From the NCBI GenBank assembly GCA_029884425.1, contig JAOUHV010000008.1, positions 17,977-81,976 of the forward strand: 64,000 nucleotides of DNA, read 5' to 3'. This document shows, one piece after another, positions 12,649 to 24,146 of this stretch. The position numbers and the translations under genes were made by a program. Source of the DNA: Gammaproteobacteria bacterium (GTDB lineage: Bacteria > Pseudomonadota > Gammaproteobacteria > S012-40). The notes under the pieces were generated by a model that saw only the letters and a list, made by a program, of their open reading frames with translations, was not told where the DNA came from and did not search any database. Position 1 is the stretch's first letter; each line of letters opens with the position of its first letter.

Positions 12649-13901
12649 TAGCGATCTACTTCCCCAAATACAATGTCCTGTGTACCGATAATCGCCACCA
12701 CATCAGCAAGCATATGGCCACGCGACATTTCATCGGTAGCTGCAAGGTGCGGATAACCCGGCGCGCGAATTTTTAGACGATACGGTTTGTTCGCACCGTC
12801 AGAAACGATGTAACAACCAAATTCACCCTTGGGGTGCTCTACCGCTGCATAGGCCTCGCCCTCAGGCAAGCAATAACCTTCGGTAAACAGTTTAAAGTGG
12901 TGAATCAGCGACTCCATATCACCCTTCATGTGTTCGCGCGAAGGTGGCGTCACTTTATGATCTGCCAACATCACCGGACCCGGATTTTTACGCAGCCACT
13001 CGATACACTGTTTGATGATGCGATTGGACTGACGCATTTCTTCAACACGAACCAGATAGCGATCGTAAGTATCACCGGTCACGCCGACTGGAATATCAAA
13101 ATCAAGTCTGTCGTACACTTCGTAGGGCTGTTTCTTACGCAAATCCCATTCGATACCCGAACCACGCAACATCGGGCCGGTAAAGCCCAACTGCAGTGCG
13201 CGCTCTGGCGTAACAACCGCAATGCCCACAGTACGCTGTTTCCAAATACGGTTATCCGTTAACAGCGTTTCGTATTCATCGACGTAGACAGGGAAACGAT
13301 TGGTGAAATCTTCCAGGAAATCCAGCAAGGAACCTTGGCGATTCTCATTTTTCTTGGCAACTTCACGCGCACTGTGCCACTTGGATGGCTCATACAAAGG
13401 CATGCGTTCGGGCAAATCACGATACACACCACCAGGACGGTAATAGGTCGCATGCATGCGCGCACCAGACACTGCTTCATAGGCATCCAGCAAATCTTCA
13501 CGTTCGCGGAAAGCGTACAAAAACACTGTCATGGCACCGATGTCCATGGCGTGCGCACCGATCCACATCAGGTGATTCAGAATTCGGGTAATTTCATCAA
13601 ACATCACACGAATGTATTGCGCGCGAATCGGCGCTTCTACGCCCAGCATTTTTTCAAGCGCCAGCACATAACCGTGTTCGTTGCTCATCATCGACACGTA
13701 GTCCAAACGATCCATGTAACCAATGCTTTGGTTATAGGGTTTGGTTTCGGCTAATTTTTCCGTGCCGCGATGCAGCAAACCAATGTGCGGGTCGGCGCGC
13801 TCAATGATCTCACCATCCATCTCCAATACCAGGCGTAATACACCGTGTGCGGAAGGATGCTGAGGACCAAAGTTCAGCGTATAGTTTTTGATTTCAGACA
13901 T
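12648..13901 (-). CDS. nuoD: NADH-quinone oxidoreductase subunit D (not fused to NuoC)
   Basis: 417 aa with the N-terminal [13 protein letters not shown] signature. It is a separate ORF from nuoC. Confidence 0.97.
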   Translation of the reverse strand: MSEIKNYTLNFGPQHPSAHGVLRLVLEMDGEIIERADPHIGLLHRGTEKLAETKPYNQSIGYMDRLDYVSMMSNEHGYVLALEKMLGVEAPIRAQYIRVMFDEITRILNHLMWIGAHAMDIGAMTVFLYAFREREDLLDAYEAVSGARMHATYYRPGGVYRDLPERMPLYEPSKWHSAREVAKKNENRQGSLLDFLEDFTNRFPVYVDEYETLLTDNRIWKQRTVGIAVVTPERALQLGFTGPMLRGSGIEWDLRKKQPYEVYDRLDFDIPVGVTGDTYDRYLVRVEEMRQSNRIIKQCIEWLRKNPGPVMLADHKVTPPSREHMKGDMESLIHHFKLFTEGYCLPEGEAYAAVEHPKGEFGCYIVSDGANKPYRLKIRAPGYPHLAATDEMSRGHMLADVVAIIGTQDIVFGEVDR

Positions 13902-13906
13902 ATTGA

Positions 13907-14581
13907 CTACGCCTCCCCTTCTGCCTTGGTTGCCGTCCGCTGATCATCGCGGATAACGCGCGGCACCAACGTGCGAGTCTGGAGATTGACAGGTTCATAA
14001 ACAACGCGTTTTTTGTCTTCACAGTAACGCACTTCTACATGGCCACCCAACGGGAAGTCCTTACGGAACGGATGACCGATAAAACCATAGTCGGTGAGAA
14101 TTCTGCGCAAGTCAGGATGGCCATCAAAAATGATTCCATACATGTCGAACGCTTCGCGCTCATACCAGTTCGCCACATTCCATACATCAACAACCGAAGC
14201 AACCAATGGTTCATTTTCATCAACAAACGTGCGCACCCGCAGACGTTGATTGTTCGCGTACGAAATCAGGTGCAGCACAACAGCAAAACGAGGACGTGTC
14301 CACTTATGGCGTTTGCTGGAACCCACCGCCCGACCACGACTAAATCCGGTCTCTGTCGCGGACTCTGTCGACCACTCGGTTTCACCGTAGGTGAGATAAT
14401 CCACACCGCACAGATCAATCAATTGCTCAAAACCAAATTGTTTTTGATCGCGCAGCGCAAAGCAAACTTTTAAAAAATTCTCGTTCGCCACTTCAATCGT
14501 CAACTCGCCCTGCGGTGACAGGACACAACTGGTCAGCTGATTACCAAAGTATGCTTTCAGTTCGTTCTGCAAGTTTTCCAT
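13907..14581 (-). CDS. nuoC: NADH-quinone oxidoreductase subunit C
   Basis: About 224-aa 30-kDa-subunit homologue ([14 protein letters not shown]). The ATG at 14581 is preferred over the apparent TTG at 14587. Confidence 0.94.
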   Translation of the reverse strand: MENLQNELKAYFGNQLTSCVLSPQGELTIEVANENFLKVCFALRDQKQFGFEQLIDLCGVDYLTYGETEWSTESATETGFSRGRAVGSSKRHKWTRPRFAVVLHLISYANNQRLRVRTFVDENEPLVASVVDVWNVANWYEREAFDMYGIIFDGHPDLRRILTDYGFIGHPFRKDFPLGGHVEVRYCEDKKRVVYEPVNLQTRTLVPRVIRDDQRTATKAEGEA

Positions 14582-14593
14582 GTTCAATCCGAA

Positions 14594-15073
14594 TTAGGTG
14601 CGAGCAATGGTATTGGTGCGCTTAATCTTGTTCTGCAACTGGATAACTCCGTACAGAAACGCTTCAGCCGTCGGCGGGCATCCTGGAACATAAATGTCCA
14701 CAGGAACGATCCGATCACAACCACGAACAACAGAATACGAGTAGTGGTAATAACCACCACCGTTCGCGCAGGAACCCATGGAGATAACCCAACGCGGCTC
14801 GGACATCTGATCGTAAACTTTGCGCAGTGCAGGAGCCATTTTATTCACCAGCGTACCTGCAACCACCATCACGTCAGACTGACGCGGACTAGGGCGGAAG
14901 ATAACACCGAAACGATCAAGGTCATAGCGGGACGCACCAGCGTGCATCATCTCCACTGCGCAGCAAGCCAGACCAAACGTCATCGGCCACAGTGAACCCG
15001 TCCGAGCCCAGTTGATTAGCTTGTCAGCCGAAGTGGTAACAATGCTTTTCTCAAGAACGCCTTCTATTCCCAT
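14594..15073 (-). CDS. nuoB: NADH-quinone oxidoreductase subunit B
   Basis: Carries the [10 protein letters not shown] and GCPPT cluster-N2 ligand motifs. The ATG at 15073 overlaps the nuoA stop. The ORF-track start at 15094 appears to be GTG. Confidence 0.95.
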   Translation of the reverse strand: MGIEGVLEKSIVTTSADKLINWARTGSLWPMTFGLACCAVEMMHAGASRYDLDRFGVIFRPSPRQSDVMVVAGTLVNKMAPALRKVYDQMSEPRWVISMGSCANGGGYYHYSYSVVRGCDRIVPVDIYVPGCPPTAEAFLYGVIQLQNKIKRTNTIART

Positions 15074-15420
15074 TCCAAGGCCCCCTTCTTCCACTCATAA
15101 ATAAAGCCAATAACCAGGATCAACAGGAAAATCACCATCGACCAATAGCCGAACCAACCAAGGTCATTCAGCACGACGGCCCACGGAAACAGAAACGCAA
15201 TTTCCAAATCGAAAATAATGAACAGAATTGCCACCAGATAGAAACGCACGTCGAATTTCATGCGCGAATCGTCAAAGGCTTCAAATCCGCATTCGTATGC
15301 AGACAGCTTCTCTTTATCTGGACGATTAGGCGCTGCCAACATGCTTAACGCAACCGGCACCGCTCCAAAAATGACACCCAGAACCAAGAAAACCAATATT
15401 GGCAGGTAATTTTCTAGCAC
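15064..15420 (-). CDS. nuoA: NADH-quinone oxidoreductase subunit A
   Basis: 118-aa protein with three TM helices. First gene of the nuo operon, with an apparent GTG start preceded by a G-rich Shine-Dalgarno (SD) sequence. Confidence 0.92.
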   Translation of the reverse strand: MLENYLPILVFLVLGVIFGAVPVALSMLAAPNRPDKEKLSAYECGFEAFDDSRMKFDVRFYLVAILFIIFDLEIAFLFPWAVVLNDLGWFGYWSMVIFLLILVIGFIYEWKKGALEWE

Positions 15421-15634
15421 GTTCCCCCCAACAAACTCTGCCGCTATCCCGGCATAATCTTTGCTGAAATTAATTTGATGACAAATAACCTAGTATTGAT
15501 CTCAATTTTGCAGAGTTCGCAGTCTAGGGTTGGCATTTACACATGTCAAGCCGAGACCCTGACCGCTAACTCAAGCAATCAAACGCTTAACACTTGAAAA
15601 CTAATTATTATTATTTTTTTACTTGCAACAAATT

Positions 15635-15719
15635 TGGTACCGACGGCCGGATTTGAACCGGCACGGGTTGCCCCACCACCCCCTCAAGATGGCGTGTCTA
15701 CCAATTTCACCACGTCGGC
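15635..15719 (-). tRNA. leuU: tRNA-Leu (anticodon GAG)
   Basis: 85-nt cloverleaf on the minus strand: acceptor GCCGACG, anticodon stem CCATC/GGTGG, loop TT-GAG-GG, long variable arm, T-loop GGTTCAAATCC, and an encoded CCA. It lies 29 nt downstream of secG, the same arrangement as E. coli secG-leuU. Confidence 0.95.
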
Positions 15720-15748
15720 ATAAACGTTTCTAAACGGGGCGCCACTCT

Positions 15749-16090
15749 TTAATTTGGTGGCACATCACTGACTGGCGCATCTTGCGGCACAACAGGAACA
15801 TCTGCAGCAGCCGGCGCACTCACCGTTACTCGCTCCATAACACTTGCCGCCTCACCATCGCCAGAGGTCGCCAAATAGGCCAGGGCCAAGCTGGTAATAA
15901 AAAAGCTTGTCGCCAATACCGCAGTGGTGCGAGACAAAAAGTTACCGGATCCTGTCGAACCAAACACCGTTTGTGACGCACCCGCGCCAAACGCTGCCCC
16001 CATGTCCGCGCCCTTACCCTGCTGCAACAAAACCAACGCAACCAGAGCAACTGAAATAATCACGTGTATAACTAAAAGAACTGCATCCAT
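15749..16090 (-). CDS. secG: preprotein translocase subunit SecG
   Basis: 113 aa with two TM helices, a Gly-rich loop ([28 protein letters not shown]) and conserved synteny with tpiA and tRNA-Leu. Confidence 0.93.
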   Translation of the reverse strand: MDAVLLVIHVIISVALVALVLLQQGKGADMGAAFGAGASQTVFGSTGSGNFLSRTTAVLATSFFITSLALAYLATSGDGEAASVMERVTVSAPAAADVPVVPQDAPVSDVPPN

Positions 16091-16096
16091 CTGTTA

Positions 16097-16849
16097 TCAC
16101 CCTGCCGCACGGCAGATTGTCAAAAATTCTTCGGCCTGCAGTGAGGCGCCGCCCACCAAGCCGCCATCAATATCCGGCTGAGCCATCAGCTCTGCCGCAT
16201 TCGAACCTTTCATGCTGCCGCCGTAAAGAATACGTACTTTAGCCGCCAGTTCTGCATCCTGTTTTTCTATCCAATGACGGATAAATGCATGTACCGCCTG
16301 CGCCTGTTCAGGCGTGGCAGTCATGCCGGTACCGATTGCCCACACAGGTTCGTAAGCAATAACCGCTTTATTCAATGCCTTGACGCCAGAGTACAGGGCA
16401 ACCGCCGCCAGCTGTTTCTCTACCACAGCCTCGGTCATGCTGGACTCACGCTCATCCAAGGTCTCGCCCACACATAGAATGGGCACCAGACCATCACGCT
16501 GAGCCGCTGCAAATTTCTGCGCAACCATGCTATCCGTTTCACCGTACAGCGAACGGCGTTCGGAGTGACCGACAAGCACGTAGTGGCAGCCCACATCTTT
16601 AAGCATCGCCCCGGAAACCTCGCCCGTATAGGCGCCCACTTCCTCAACAGCGACGTCCTGCGCACCAACAGCGATGTTCGAACCCGACACTATCTCGGCG
16701 ACTAGTGGAATGTATACAAATGGGGAACAAACAGCAACTTCTGCGGAACCATTCGCTGCTTTTCCGCTCAAAAGACCATCTAGCAGCGCCTTAATACTGG
16801 CGCTATTGCCGTTCATCTTCCAGTTTCCAGCCACCAGCGGTTTACGCAT
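16097..16849 (-). CDS. tpiA: triose-phosphate isomerase
   Basis: Carries the VAGNWKMNG and AYEPVWAIGTG motifs. The ATG at 16849 is preferred over the upstream apparent TTG at 16855. Confidence 0.96.
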   Translation of the reverse strand: MRKPLVAGNWKMNGNSASIKALLDGLLSGKAANGSAEVAVCSPFVYIPLVAEIVSGSNIAVGAQDVAVEEVGAYTGEVSGAMLKDVGCHYVLVGHSERRSLYGETDSMVAQKFAAAQRDGLVPILCVGETLDERESSMTEAVVEKQLAAVALYSGVKALNKAVIAYEPVWAIGTGMTATPEQAQAVHAFIRHWIEKQDAELAAKVRILYGGSMKGSNAAELMAQPDIDGGLVGGASLQAEEFLTICRAAG

Positions 16850-16915
16850 TTCCAATTCCCCTTACATCCAAAAGCCAGCAAGTTTACCGGCTAAATTTTA
16901 AAAAGACAATATTGA

Positions 16916-18253
16916 CTAAGTTAGCGATTTTCTTACAACTTCTGCCAACTCATTAGCCAGCGCATCGACTTTCACCGGATTGCTCCCCTCGACCATCACC
17001 CGAATCAGCGGTTCGGTTCCCGAGGCACGCAACAACACCCGCCCCTTACCCGCCAATTTTTGCTCTGCATCTTCGACAGCTTTGCGTATCGCCTCATTGG
17101 CCATCACATCCTGACGCTTGGCAATTTTGACATTGACCATCACCTGGGGATATTTGCGCATTCCAGATTTGAGCTCATACAAACTCTTGCCCGAATCCAT
17201 AACAGCTTCCAGAACCTGCAGTGACGCCACAACCCCGTCACCCGTGGTAGTGCGATCCAGACAAATCAAATGCCCCGACGATTCGCCACCCAGCGACCAA
17301 CCAGTCGCCTTGAGCTGCTCAATCACGTAGCGGTCGCCCACCTGGGCACGCACAAACGGAACATCATTCTGTGCCAGCGCTTCTTCCAGACCAAAGTTGC
17401 TCATCAGGGTTCCAACCACACCACCCTTGAGCTCGCCGCGCGTCATTCGCGACTGAGCAATGATGTAGAGCAACTCATCACCATCAAGCACTTCACCCTT
17501 GTGATCCACCATAATGACGCGATCACCATCACCGTCAAATGCGATACCCAAGTCCGCTTTGCGCTTTAGCACTTCTTCCTGCAACAGCGTAGGCTTGGTG
17601 GAGCCACAACCCTCATTAATGTTCAAACCATCGGGCGTGACACCGATGGCATACACATCCGCACCAAGCTCGGTAAACACGCTGGGTGCCACGTGATAAG
17701 TTGCACCATGGGCGCAATCGATAACAATTTTCAAACCTTTTAGCGAGAACGAAATGGGAACCGTACTTTTACAAAACTCGATGTATCGTCCGCCCGCATC
17801 GATAACGCGCACTGCCTTGCCCAGCTCACCGGAATCCACCGTGGTCATGGTATTTTCCAGCTCAGCTTCAATTGCGAGCTCAACCTCATCAGGCAGTTTG
17901 GTGCCATCCCCGGAGAAAAATTTAATGCCGTTGTCATAGTACGGATTGTGTGACGCACTAATCACGATTCCAGCATCACAATGCAGAGTACGCGTCAGAT
18001 AGGCAATCGCCGGCGTTGGCATCGGCCCCAATAATTTGATGTTCACACCTGCTGAAGAAAGACCTGCCTGCAAAGCGGACTCAAACATATAACCGGAAAT
18101 ACGAGTATCTTTGCCGATAACCACTTTACGACGACCTTCGCGCGCAAGCACCTTGCCCGCAGCCCAGCCCAGACGCATCACAAATTCAGCATTGATTGGC
18201 GCCTGGCCCACAAGACCACGAATGCCGTCTGTCCCAAAGTATTTCCTGCTCAA
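16916..18253 (-). CDS. glmM: phosphoglucosamine mutase
   Basis: 445 aa with FGTDGIRG at the N-terminus and the phosphoserine loop SASHNP. The apparent TTG start overlaps the folP stop. Confidence 0.95.
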   Translation of the reverse strand: MSRKYFGTDGIRGLVGQAPINAEFVMRLGWAAGKVLAREGRRKVVIGKDTRISGYMFESALQAGLSSAGVNIKLLGPMPTPAIAYLTRTLHCDAGIVISASHNPYYDNGIKFFSGDGTKLPDEVELAIEAELENTMTTVDSGELGKAVRVIDAGGRYIEFCKSTVPISFSLKGLKIVIDCAHGATYHVAPSVFTELGADVYAIGVTPDGLNINEGCGSTKPTLLQEEVLKRKADLGIAFDGDGDRVIMVDHKGEVLDGDELLYIIAQSRMTRGELKGGVVGTLMSNFGLEEALAQNDVPFVRAQVGDRYVIEQLKATGWSLGGESSGHLICLDRTTTGDGVVASLQVLEAVMDSGKSLYELKSGMRKYPQVMVNVKIAKRQDVMANEAIRKAVEDAEQKLAGKGRVLLRASGTEPLIRVMVEGSNPVKVDALANELAEVVRKSLT

Positions 18254-19101
18254 CGCACGTCTCCTTCATTTTCCATCGCCAACACGGCGGAACACACCGC
18301 CAGTGCCTGTACTGTTTCCTGAACATCATGTGCGCGCACCAAACGCGCACCGCGCATGACCAGCATCACCGCTGCAGCCACACTGGGAATCAATCGCTGT
18401 TCAACCGACAAATTCATCAACTGACCAAACATGGATTTACGCGAGATCCCGACCAAAACCGGCAACCCCAACGCCACCACCGCATCAATATTCCGCAACA
18501 AACTCAGGTTATGTTGCAGATTTTTACCAAATCCGAATCCGGGATCAAGCAATATACGCGAGCGCGCAATGCCTGCCTGCTCGCAAACAGCCACTCTGTC
18601 GATTAAAAAATCATTGACCTCGCGAACCACATCCTCATAAGCCGGCGCAAGTTGCATACTGCGCGGCTGACCCTGCATGTGCATCAGACAGACATAGGCA
18701 CCGGTTGCCGCTGCTGCCGCAACCGCACCCGGTTCACGCAGCGCACGCACATCATTGATCAACACCGCTCCGGCAGCAACCGCCGCCGTCATGACTTCAG
18801 GTTTACTGGTATCAACCGACACCGCCACATCAAATTCAGCAGTCAACGACTCAATAACCGGAATAACTCTGTCCAGTTCCTGAGACAACGAAACCTCTTG
18901 CGCTCCCGGACGCGTGGACTCGCCACCCACATCAATGACGTAGGCGCCGTCTTGTAGCATTTTTTGAGCTTGAAAGAGTGCCGAATCAGCGGCAAAAAAT
19001 TTACCCCCGTCTGAAAAAGAATCGGGGGTAACATTGAGAATGCCCATCACGCGGGGCGAACTCAAATCCAGAGTTCGCCCGTTGGCAATTGTATTTCTCA
19101 T
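18250..19101 (-). CDS. folP: dihydropteroate synthase
   Basis: 283-aa pterin-binding domain ([14 protein letters not shown]; [10 protein letters not shown]) in ftsH-folP-glmM synteny. Confidence 0.95.
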   Translation of the reverse strand: MRNTIANGRTLDLSSPRVMGILNVTPDSFSDGGKFFAADSALFQAQKMLQDGAYVIDVGGESTRPGAQEVSLSQELDRVIPVIESLTAEFDVAVSVDTSKPEVMTAAVAAGAVLINDVRALREPGAVAAAAATGAYVCLMHMQGQPRSMQLAPAYEDVVREVNDFLIDRVAVCEQAGIARSRILLDPGFGFGKNLQHNLSLLRNIDAVVALGLPVLVGISRKSMFGQLMNLSVEQRLIPSVAAAVMLVMRGARLVRAHDVQETVQALAVCSAVLAMENEGDVR

Positions 19102-19104
19102 AGA

Positions 19105-21033
19105 TCAGGATTGATTAACGGGATTTCCTACGTCGCCCTGATCATTCTTGGGCGCACTCGAACGGGCCTGCGGCTCGCCTTCCTGCGCATCACCAGGACG
19201 TACATCCAAATCTGACTCATCCCAATCACTAGGAGGGCCAGGCGGCAACCCCTTCATGATCTTGTCAATCTGACCGCGATCAATCGTTTCGTACTGCATC
19301 AACGCCTCGGACATGGCATGCAGCTTATCCAGATGCTCAGCCAGAATCTTGGTCGAACGCGCGTAGTTGCGATCGATAATCGCACGAACTTCTTCATCGA
19401 TGATGTGTGCAGTCTCGTCAGAAACATTCTTGTGCTGCGTCATCTGCCGGCCCAAAAATACTTCGCCTTCCTCTTCTGCATACGTCAACGGCCCCAAGCG
19501 CTCGGACAAGCCCCACTTGGTCACCATGTTCCGTGCGATGTCGGTGGTCCGTTGAATATCGTTGGAAGCACCGGTAGTCACTTTTTCGCGACCAAACACC
19601 ATCTCTTCCGCAATACGGCCACCAAACAAGCTGGAGATGTTGCTTTCCAGTTTCTGCTTGCTGTAGCTGTACTTGTCTTCCTCAGGCAGGAACATCGTCA
19701 CACCCAGCGCACGGCCACGCGGAATAATGCTCACCTTGTAGACAGGATCATGCTCAGGAACCATCAGACCGACAATTGCATGCCCCGCCTCGTGATAAGC
19801 CGTCAGACGTTTTTCGTCCTCACTCATCACCATGGAGCGGCGCTCTGCACCCATCATGATTTTATCTTTGGCACGCTCAAAATCCTGCATGGTCACCAAC
19901 TTGTGATTGCCACGCGCAGCAAACAGCGCCGCCTCGTTCACCAGGTTGGCCAGATCGGCACCGGAGAAACCGGGGGTGCCACGCGCGATTACCTTTGGCT
20001 TCACATCTTCAGCCAATGGCACCTTGCGCATATGTACTTTCAGAATCTGCTCGCGACCACGAACATCGGGCAGCGGCACAGTCACCTGGCGGTCAAAACG
20101 ACCAGGACGCAGCAGCGCAGGGTCCAGTACGTCAGGACGGTTGGTGGCTGCGATAACGATAATGCCTTCGTTACCCTCAAAACCATCCATCTCGACCAGC
20201 AATTGGTTCAGCGTTTGCTCGCGTTCATCGTGACCACCACCCAAGCCAGCGCCACGGTGACGACCAACCGCATCGATCTCATCGATGAAGATGATACAGG
20301 GTGCGTGCTTCTTCGCTTGCTCGAACATGTCACGAACACGCGATGCACCCACACCGACGAACATTTCCACGAAGTCAGAACCGGAAATGGTAAAGAACGG
20401 CACCTTCGCTTCACCGGCAATGGCTTTTGCCAGCAGCGTCTTACCAGTACCGGGAGGACCAACCATCAGCACGCCGCGCGGAATCTTGCCACCCAGCTTC
20501 TGGAATTTGCTGGGGTCGCGCAGGAACTCAACCAGTTCCGCCACTTCTTCTTTGGCTTCTTCAGCGCCGGCAACATCATTAAATGTCACCTTGACCTGAT
20601 CTTCGCCCAGCATGCGCGCCTTACTCTTGCCAAACGACATGGCACCACGACCACCGGCACCGCCCTGCATCTGGCGCATAAAGAACACCCAGACCCCAAT
20701 CAACAACAGCATCGGGAACCAGGAAATGAAGATCTGCATCAACAGACCTTGCTGCTCAGGTGGCTTAACATCAATAACAACGCCGCTATCCAGCAGGTCA
20801 CCAATCAGGCCGGGGTCACCGGGGCTGTAGGTGCGGAAACGCTCGCCGTTCTGGCGAATTCCCTGAATTTCACGTCCTTCGATCAATACCCGCTGAACAT
20901 CACGATTTTTCACATCTTGGATAAACTGCGAATACTCCAAGGGACGTGTCCCTGCTTGCCGAGGTGAAAAACTACTAAACACCGACATCAGCACGATGGC
21001 GATTACCACCCACAGAATGATGTTTTTAACCAT
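19105..21033 (-). CDS. ftsH: ATP-dependent zinc metalloprotease FtsH
   Basis: Has Walker A GPPGTGKT, the AAA second region of homology, and the zinc motif HEAGH. The ATG at 21033 ([19 protein letters not shown]) matches the usual FtsH N-terminus. The ORF-track start is 9 codons upstream and appears to be TTG. Confidence 0.96.
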   Translation of the reverse strand: MVKNIILWVVIAIVLMSVFSSFSPRQAGTRPLEYSQFIQDVKNRDVQRVLIEGREIQGIRQNGERFRTYSPGDPGLIGDLLDSGVVIDVKPPEQQGLLMQIFISWFPMLLLIGVWVFFMRQMQGGAGGRGAMSFGKSKARMLGEDQVKVTFNDVAGAEEAKEEVAELVEFLRDPSKFQKLGGKIPRGVLMVGPPGTGKTLLAKAIAGEAKVPFFTISGSDFVEMFVGVGASRVRDMFEQAKKHAPCIIFIDEIDAVGRHRGAGLGGGHDEREQTLNQLLVEMDGFEGNEGIIVIAATNRPDVLDPALLRPGRFDRQVTVPLPDVRGREQILKVHMRKVPLAEDVKPKVIARGTPGFSGADLANLVNEAALFAARGNHKLVTMQDFERAKDKIMMGAERRSMVMSEDEKRLTAYHEAGHAIVGLMVPEHDPVYKVSIIPRGRALGVTMFLPEEDKYSYSKQKLESNISSLFGGRIAEEMVFGREKVTTGASNDIQRTTDIARNMVTKWGLSERLGPLTYAEEEGEVFLGRQMTQHKNVSDETAHIIDEEVRAIIDRNYARSTKILAEHLDKLHAMSEALMQYETIDRGQIDKIMKGLPPGPPSDWDESDLDVRPGDAQEGEPQARSSAPKNDQGDVGNPVNQS

Positions 21034-21151
21034 CTCGTTCAAAATTCGCCCCTCATTCAATTGGCTATGTCTGTCACACCGCTGACCACAACAGAATTCT
21101 GGCGGACAACATGCAAACTATCATCTGACAACATTACTACAGCAACAACGA

Positions 21152-21769
21152 CTAAACAATGCGGTTTTTGCCCAATATATAGAACTCGCGGCTCTCAGAC
21201 CGTGACGAGTCGGGCTTTCGAGTCAATAACTTAGCAAATGCCTGCTGTACATCCTTACGGTATTGATCCATTCCTTCGCCCTGAAATACCTTGACCAGCA
21301 TGTCGCCCCCTGGCCGCAATACCTGCTTGGAAAAGTCCAGGACCAGCTCCGCCAAATGCATCGCCCGCGCCTGGTCCGCACTCTTGACGCCACTTAAGTT
21401 GGGGGCGATATCGGAAATTACAACATCGACTTGCTCGCCGTCCAAAACCTCAAGCAATTGGTCATACACCGCCTGCTCACGGAAATCGCCCTGAATAAAC
21501 ACCACATCCTCAAACGGGTCCATCGGCAAAATGTCCATGGCCACCAAGGTACCGCTATCGCCGATCAGGCGAGAAACCACCTGCACCCAGCCACCCGGTG
21601 CCGCGCCCAGGTCAACCACCCGCATTCCCGGCCGGAACAACCTGTCTTTTTCCTGTATTTCCAGCAACTTATAGGCAGCACGACTGCGATAGCCGTCTTT
21701 TTGCGCCTGCTGCACGTAGACATCGCTCACGTGCCGCTGCATCCAGTTACTGTTTTTCTTCTTCGCCAC
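21152..21769 (-). CDS. rlmE: 23S rRNA (uridine2552-2'-O)-methyltransferase
   Basis: 205 aa with the SAM motif [11 protein letters not shown]. Lies immediately upstream of ftsH. The start appears to be GTG. Confidence 0.93.
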   Translation of the reverse strand: MAKKKNSNWMQRHVSDVYVQQAQKDGYRSRAAYKLLEIQEKDRLFRPGMRVVDLGAAPGGWVQVVSRLIGDSGTLVAMDILPMDPFEDVVFIQGDFREQAVYDQLLEVLDGEQVDVVISDIAPNLSGVKSADQARAMHLAELVLDFSKQVLRPGGDMLVKVFQGEGMDQYRKDVQQAFAKLLTRKPDSSRSESREFYILGKNRIV

Positions 21770-22055
21770 GCTTTACCGCCAATACCTTTTCAACCCTTTT
21801 TACCCGCAACACCAACCACGCCGCCGACACCACCCCATATCCCGCCAGGATGAGCAACTGCCAATCCTCGTCGGTCGTCAAATGAGGATGCCAGGCAAAC
21901 AACACCACGCCAAGGATCAAAATAATGGCCAATTCCACCTTGACGGCATTAAAAGGGCTGGCGGCAACGGTGAAACCTTCGTCGTTTTGCGTTAGACTAC
22001 GCTCTTTTTCGCGATCCACGGAAACCCCATGAAACTTACTGGTAAACAAACTCAA
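21747..22055 (-). CDS. doubtful small membrane ORF in the rlmE-yhbY divergent region
   Basis: 102-codon ORF with two hydrophobic segments. It has an apparent TTG start with no clear SD, overlaps the rlmE start by 23 nt and overlaps the yhbY start on the opposite strand. Confidence 0.2.
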   Translation of the reverse strand: MSLFTSKFHGVSVDREKERSLTQNDEGFTVAASPFNAVKVELAIILILGVVLFAWHPHLTTDEDWQLLILAGYGVVSAAWLVLRVKRVEKVLAVKRGEEEKQ

Positions 22056-22319
22056 TTCTTGCGCAGCTTAGCTCACCCACTCAAACCCGTGGTCATGATC
22101 GGCGACAAAGGATTAACCGAAAACGTTCTTGCCGAAATTGAAGGTGCGCTTGACTACCACGAACTGATCAAAATAAAAGTGCCGGCTGGCGATAAAGACA
22201 CCAAATCGGCACTGATTGAAGCCATCTGCAAGCAAACCAAAGCTGCACACGCCCAGACCATCGGCCGTATTGTCGTGCTTTTCCGCAGCTCAGAAAAGAA
22301 AAAAATCACCCTGCCCTAA
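22029..22319 (+). CDS. yhbY: ribosome assembly RNA-binding protein YhbY (CRM domain)
   Basis: 96 aa ([31 protein letters not shown]). Divergent from rlmE-ftsH, as in other gammaproteobacteria. Confidence 0.9.
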   Translation: MKLTGKQTQFLRSLAHPLKPVVMIGDKGLTENVLAEIEGALDYHELIKIKVPAGDKDTKSALIEAICKQTKAAHAQTIGRIVVLFRSSEKKKITLP

Positions 22320-22322
22320 CAA

Positions 22323-22814
22323 CTAAATGTGGCCACCGATCGCCGAGCGCGGTCGGTTGACCTCACTTTTACGCAATCCCGCCCATACCAGCACCACACC
22401 GCCCAGACTGGTCAGCATATACATCACCGACGAAACGCCGTGCATCATGCCGAACTGCTTGGCCGCTTCACTGCCGGGCAACAATCCTTGCGATTTCAAC
22501 TCTGCCATCATCGGCTGCACCACAAACAAACTCGCCATTGCCAATGACCACATCACCAGCAAGACCCAGAATCGCCACTGCGCAAATACGCTGCGCCCCA
22601 GGCGACCGATCAGCAACAGCAACAACACCAAACCGATAACGCTGCCGGCGATAAAAATCACGCCAAACATGTTACCCGCCAGCATTCCGGCCAACTTGCG
22701 ATCATCCAGCGTTTTAAACAACACTGGTGCTGCAATGTAACCCACGCCAACCATACTTCCTGTCCACAATGCCAAAAGCAATTGTTCCAATCGTTTAACG
22801 CTGTTACCGAACAT
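22323..22814 (-). CDS. DUF4149-like integral membrane protein
   Basis: 163 aa with about four TM helices. The N-terminus (LLALWTGSMVGVGYIAAPVLF) is typical of the DUF4149/TMEM205-like family as I recall it. Confidence 0.65.
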   Translation of the reverse strand: MFGNSVKRLEQLLLALWTGSMVGVGYIAAPVLFKTLDDRKLAGMLAGNMFGVIFIAGSVIGLVLLLLLIGRLGRSVFAQWRFWVLLVMWSLAMASLFVVQPMMAELKSQGLLPGSEAAKQFGMMHGVSSVMYMLTSLGGVVLVWAGLRKSEVNRPRSAIGGHI

Positions 22815-22830
22815 TGTGCGAAGCCCTCAA

Positions 22831-24012
22831 TTATGCCAACGCATCCAAACCACGTTGTAAATCAGCCTTTAAATCTTCCAGCCCTTCAAGGCCAACAGAA
22901 ATACGAATCAAACCTTCAGAAATTCCCGCCTGCGCACGCGCCTCATCGGTTAACCGACCGTGCGTTGTCGTTGCGGGATGAGTAATCGTCGACTTGGTAT
23001 CACCCAGGTTTGCCGTAATCGAAATCAATCGCGTTGAATCAATAAACTTCCACGCCGCCTCACGCCCGCCCTGCAGTTCAAACGCCACAATACCACCAAA
23101 ATGCGACTGCTGCTTTTTGGCCAGCTCATGCTGCGCATGCGATGGCAAACCAGGATAGTACACGCGCTTGATCAACGCGCTTTTTTCCAGCCACTGCGCC
23201 AACGCCAACGCACTGTCGCAATGTGCACGCATGCGCAGCGACAACGTTTCCAGGCCCTTCAAAAACACCCACGCATTGAATGGGCTCATACTTGGGCCGG
23301 CAGTGCGTAAAAATCCGTACACTGGCTCCATCAATTCGTTACTGCCAACAACCGCGCCACCGATGCAGCGTCCCTGACCATCAATATATTTGGTCGCAGA
23401 ATGGACCACGATATCGGCACCAAGTTCCAACGGCTTTTGCAGTGCTGGCGTACAAAAACAGTTATCCACCACCAACAAACAACCGTGTTTCTTGGCGATT
23501 GCCGCCAAACCGCGCAAATCACCAATTTCTGTCAACGGATTGGATGGCGTTTCAACAAACAACATTTTGGTCTTGGGCGTAATCGCCGCTTCCCACGCCT
23601 GCAAATCGGTTAGTGGCACATACGTGGTGTCCACCCCAAATTTTTTGAAGTAGGCATTAAACAGCATGACGGTTGAACCAAAAATCGCACGCGAAGAAAC
23701 GATGTGATCACCGCTCTGCAAAATCGCCATGCCCGTCGCCAAAATCGCTGCCATACCAGAAGCCGTGGCCACGCAACGCTCACCGCCCTCCAGTGCCGCC
23801 AAACGCTGTTCAAACGTGCGCACCGTGGGATTGGTGAAGCGCGAATAAATATTGCCCGGCTCCTGCCCCTGAAAACGCGCCGCCGCCTGTGCCGCATTGG
23901 CGTAAACATAACTGGACGTCGGGAAAATCGGCTCCCCCTGCTCCAGCTCATTGGTGCGTACATGACCTGCGCGCACGGCCAACGTTTCAAATTCTTCCCA
24001 CTCACCTACCAT
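22831..24012 (-). CDS. metZ: O-succinylhomoserine sulfhydrylase
   Basis: Cys/Met-metabolism PLP enzyme (TSSYVY, SRFTNPT, PLP-lysine region SATKYIDGQG). The ATG at 24012 is preferred. The 18 upstream codons of the ORF-track call are encoded by a leader terminator hairpin and T-runs. Confidence 0.9.
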   Translation of the reverse strand: MVGEWEEFETLAVRAGHVRTNELEQGEPIFPTSSYVYANAAQAAARFQGQEPGNIYSRFTNPTVRTFEQRLAALEGGERCVATASGMAAILATGMAILQSGDHIVSSRAIFGSTVMLFNAYFKKFGVDTTYVPLTDLQAWEAAITPKTKMLFVETPSNPLTEIGDLRGLAAIAKKHGCLLVVDNCFCTPALQKPLELGADIVVHSATKYIDGQGRCIGGAVVGSNELMEPVYGFLRTAGPSMSPFNAWVFLKGLETLSLRMRAHCDSALALAQWLEKSALIKRVYYPGLPSHAQHELAKKQQSHFGGIVAFELQGGREAAWKFIDSTRLISITANLGDTKSTITHPATTTHGRLTDEARAQAGISEGLIRISVGLEGLEDLKADLQRGLDALA

Positions 24013-24140
24013 TTTGGCACCACCTTCAAAAAAACCTGGGCACAAAAAAACCCGCTTCACAGCCAAAGCAGGTTACCCTCAACTTTAGCCGCATTTATTA
24101 GGCGCCCGCAATCAGAGACAAATCGGCGCCAACCTCATTT
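24013..24140 (-). promoter_or_regulatory. structured metZ 5' leader (candidate riboswitch/attenuator)
   Basis: About 128-nt leader between the predicted promoter and the ATG. It contains a GGCGCC-N18-GGCGCC hairpin (24101-24130) followed by an intrinsic terminator. Confidence 0.4.
24044..24072 (-). terminator. intrinsic terminator inside the metZ leader
   Basis: Minus-strand RNA CCUGCUU-UGGCUGUG-AAGCGGG: a 7-bp stem with one G-U pair, followed by U7. It sits 32 nt upstream of the metZ ATG. Confidence 0.6.
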
Positions 24141-24146
24141 GTGCAC

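Noticed and set aside
19318-20967. 549-aa ORF on the plus strand, antisense to ftsH. It is the longest non-annotated ORF in the window.
   Set aside because: It lies in the exact mirror frame of ftsH: (21060-19320) is divisible by 3, so its codons are the complements of ftsH codons. Stops in that frame arise only from sense TTA, CTA or TCA, which this genome's core genes avoid. The translation is low-complexity and rich in R, H, Q and T. It is a codon-bias artefact, not a gene.
24013-24066. 18-codon N-terminal extension of metZ in the ORF track (MAVKRVFLCPGFFEGGAK).
   Set aside because: It starts at an apparent TTG and is encoded by the leader terminator stem and two T7 runs. The ATG at 24012 is preceded by GAAGGTGG and gives a normal MetZ N-terminus.
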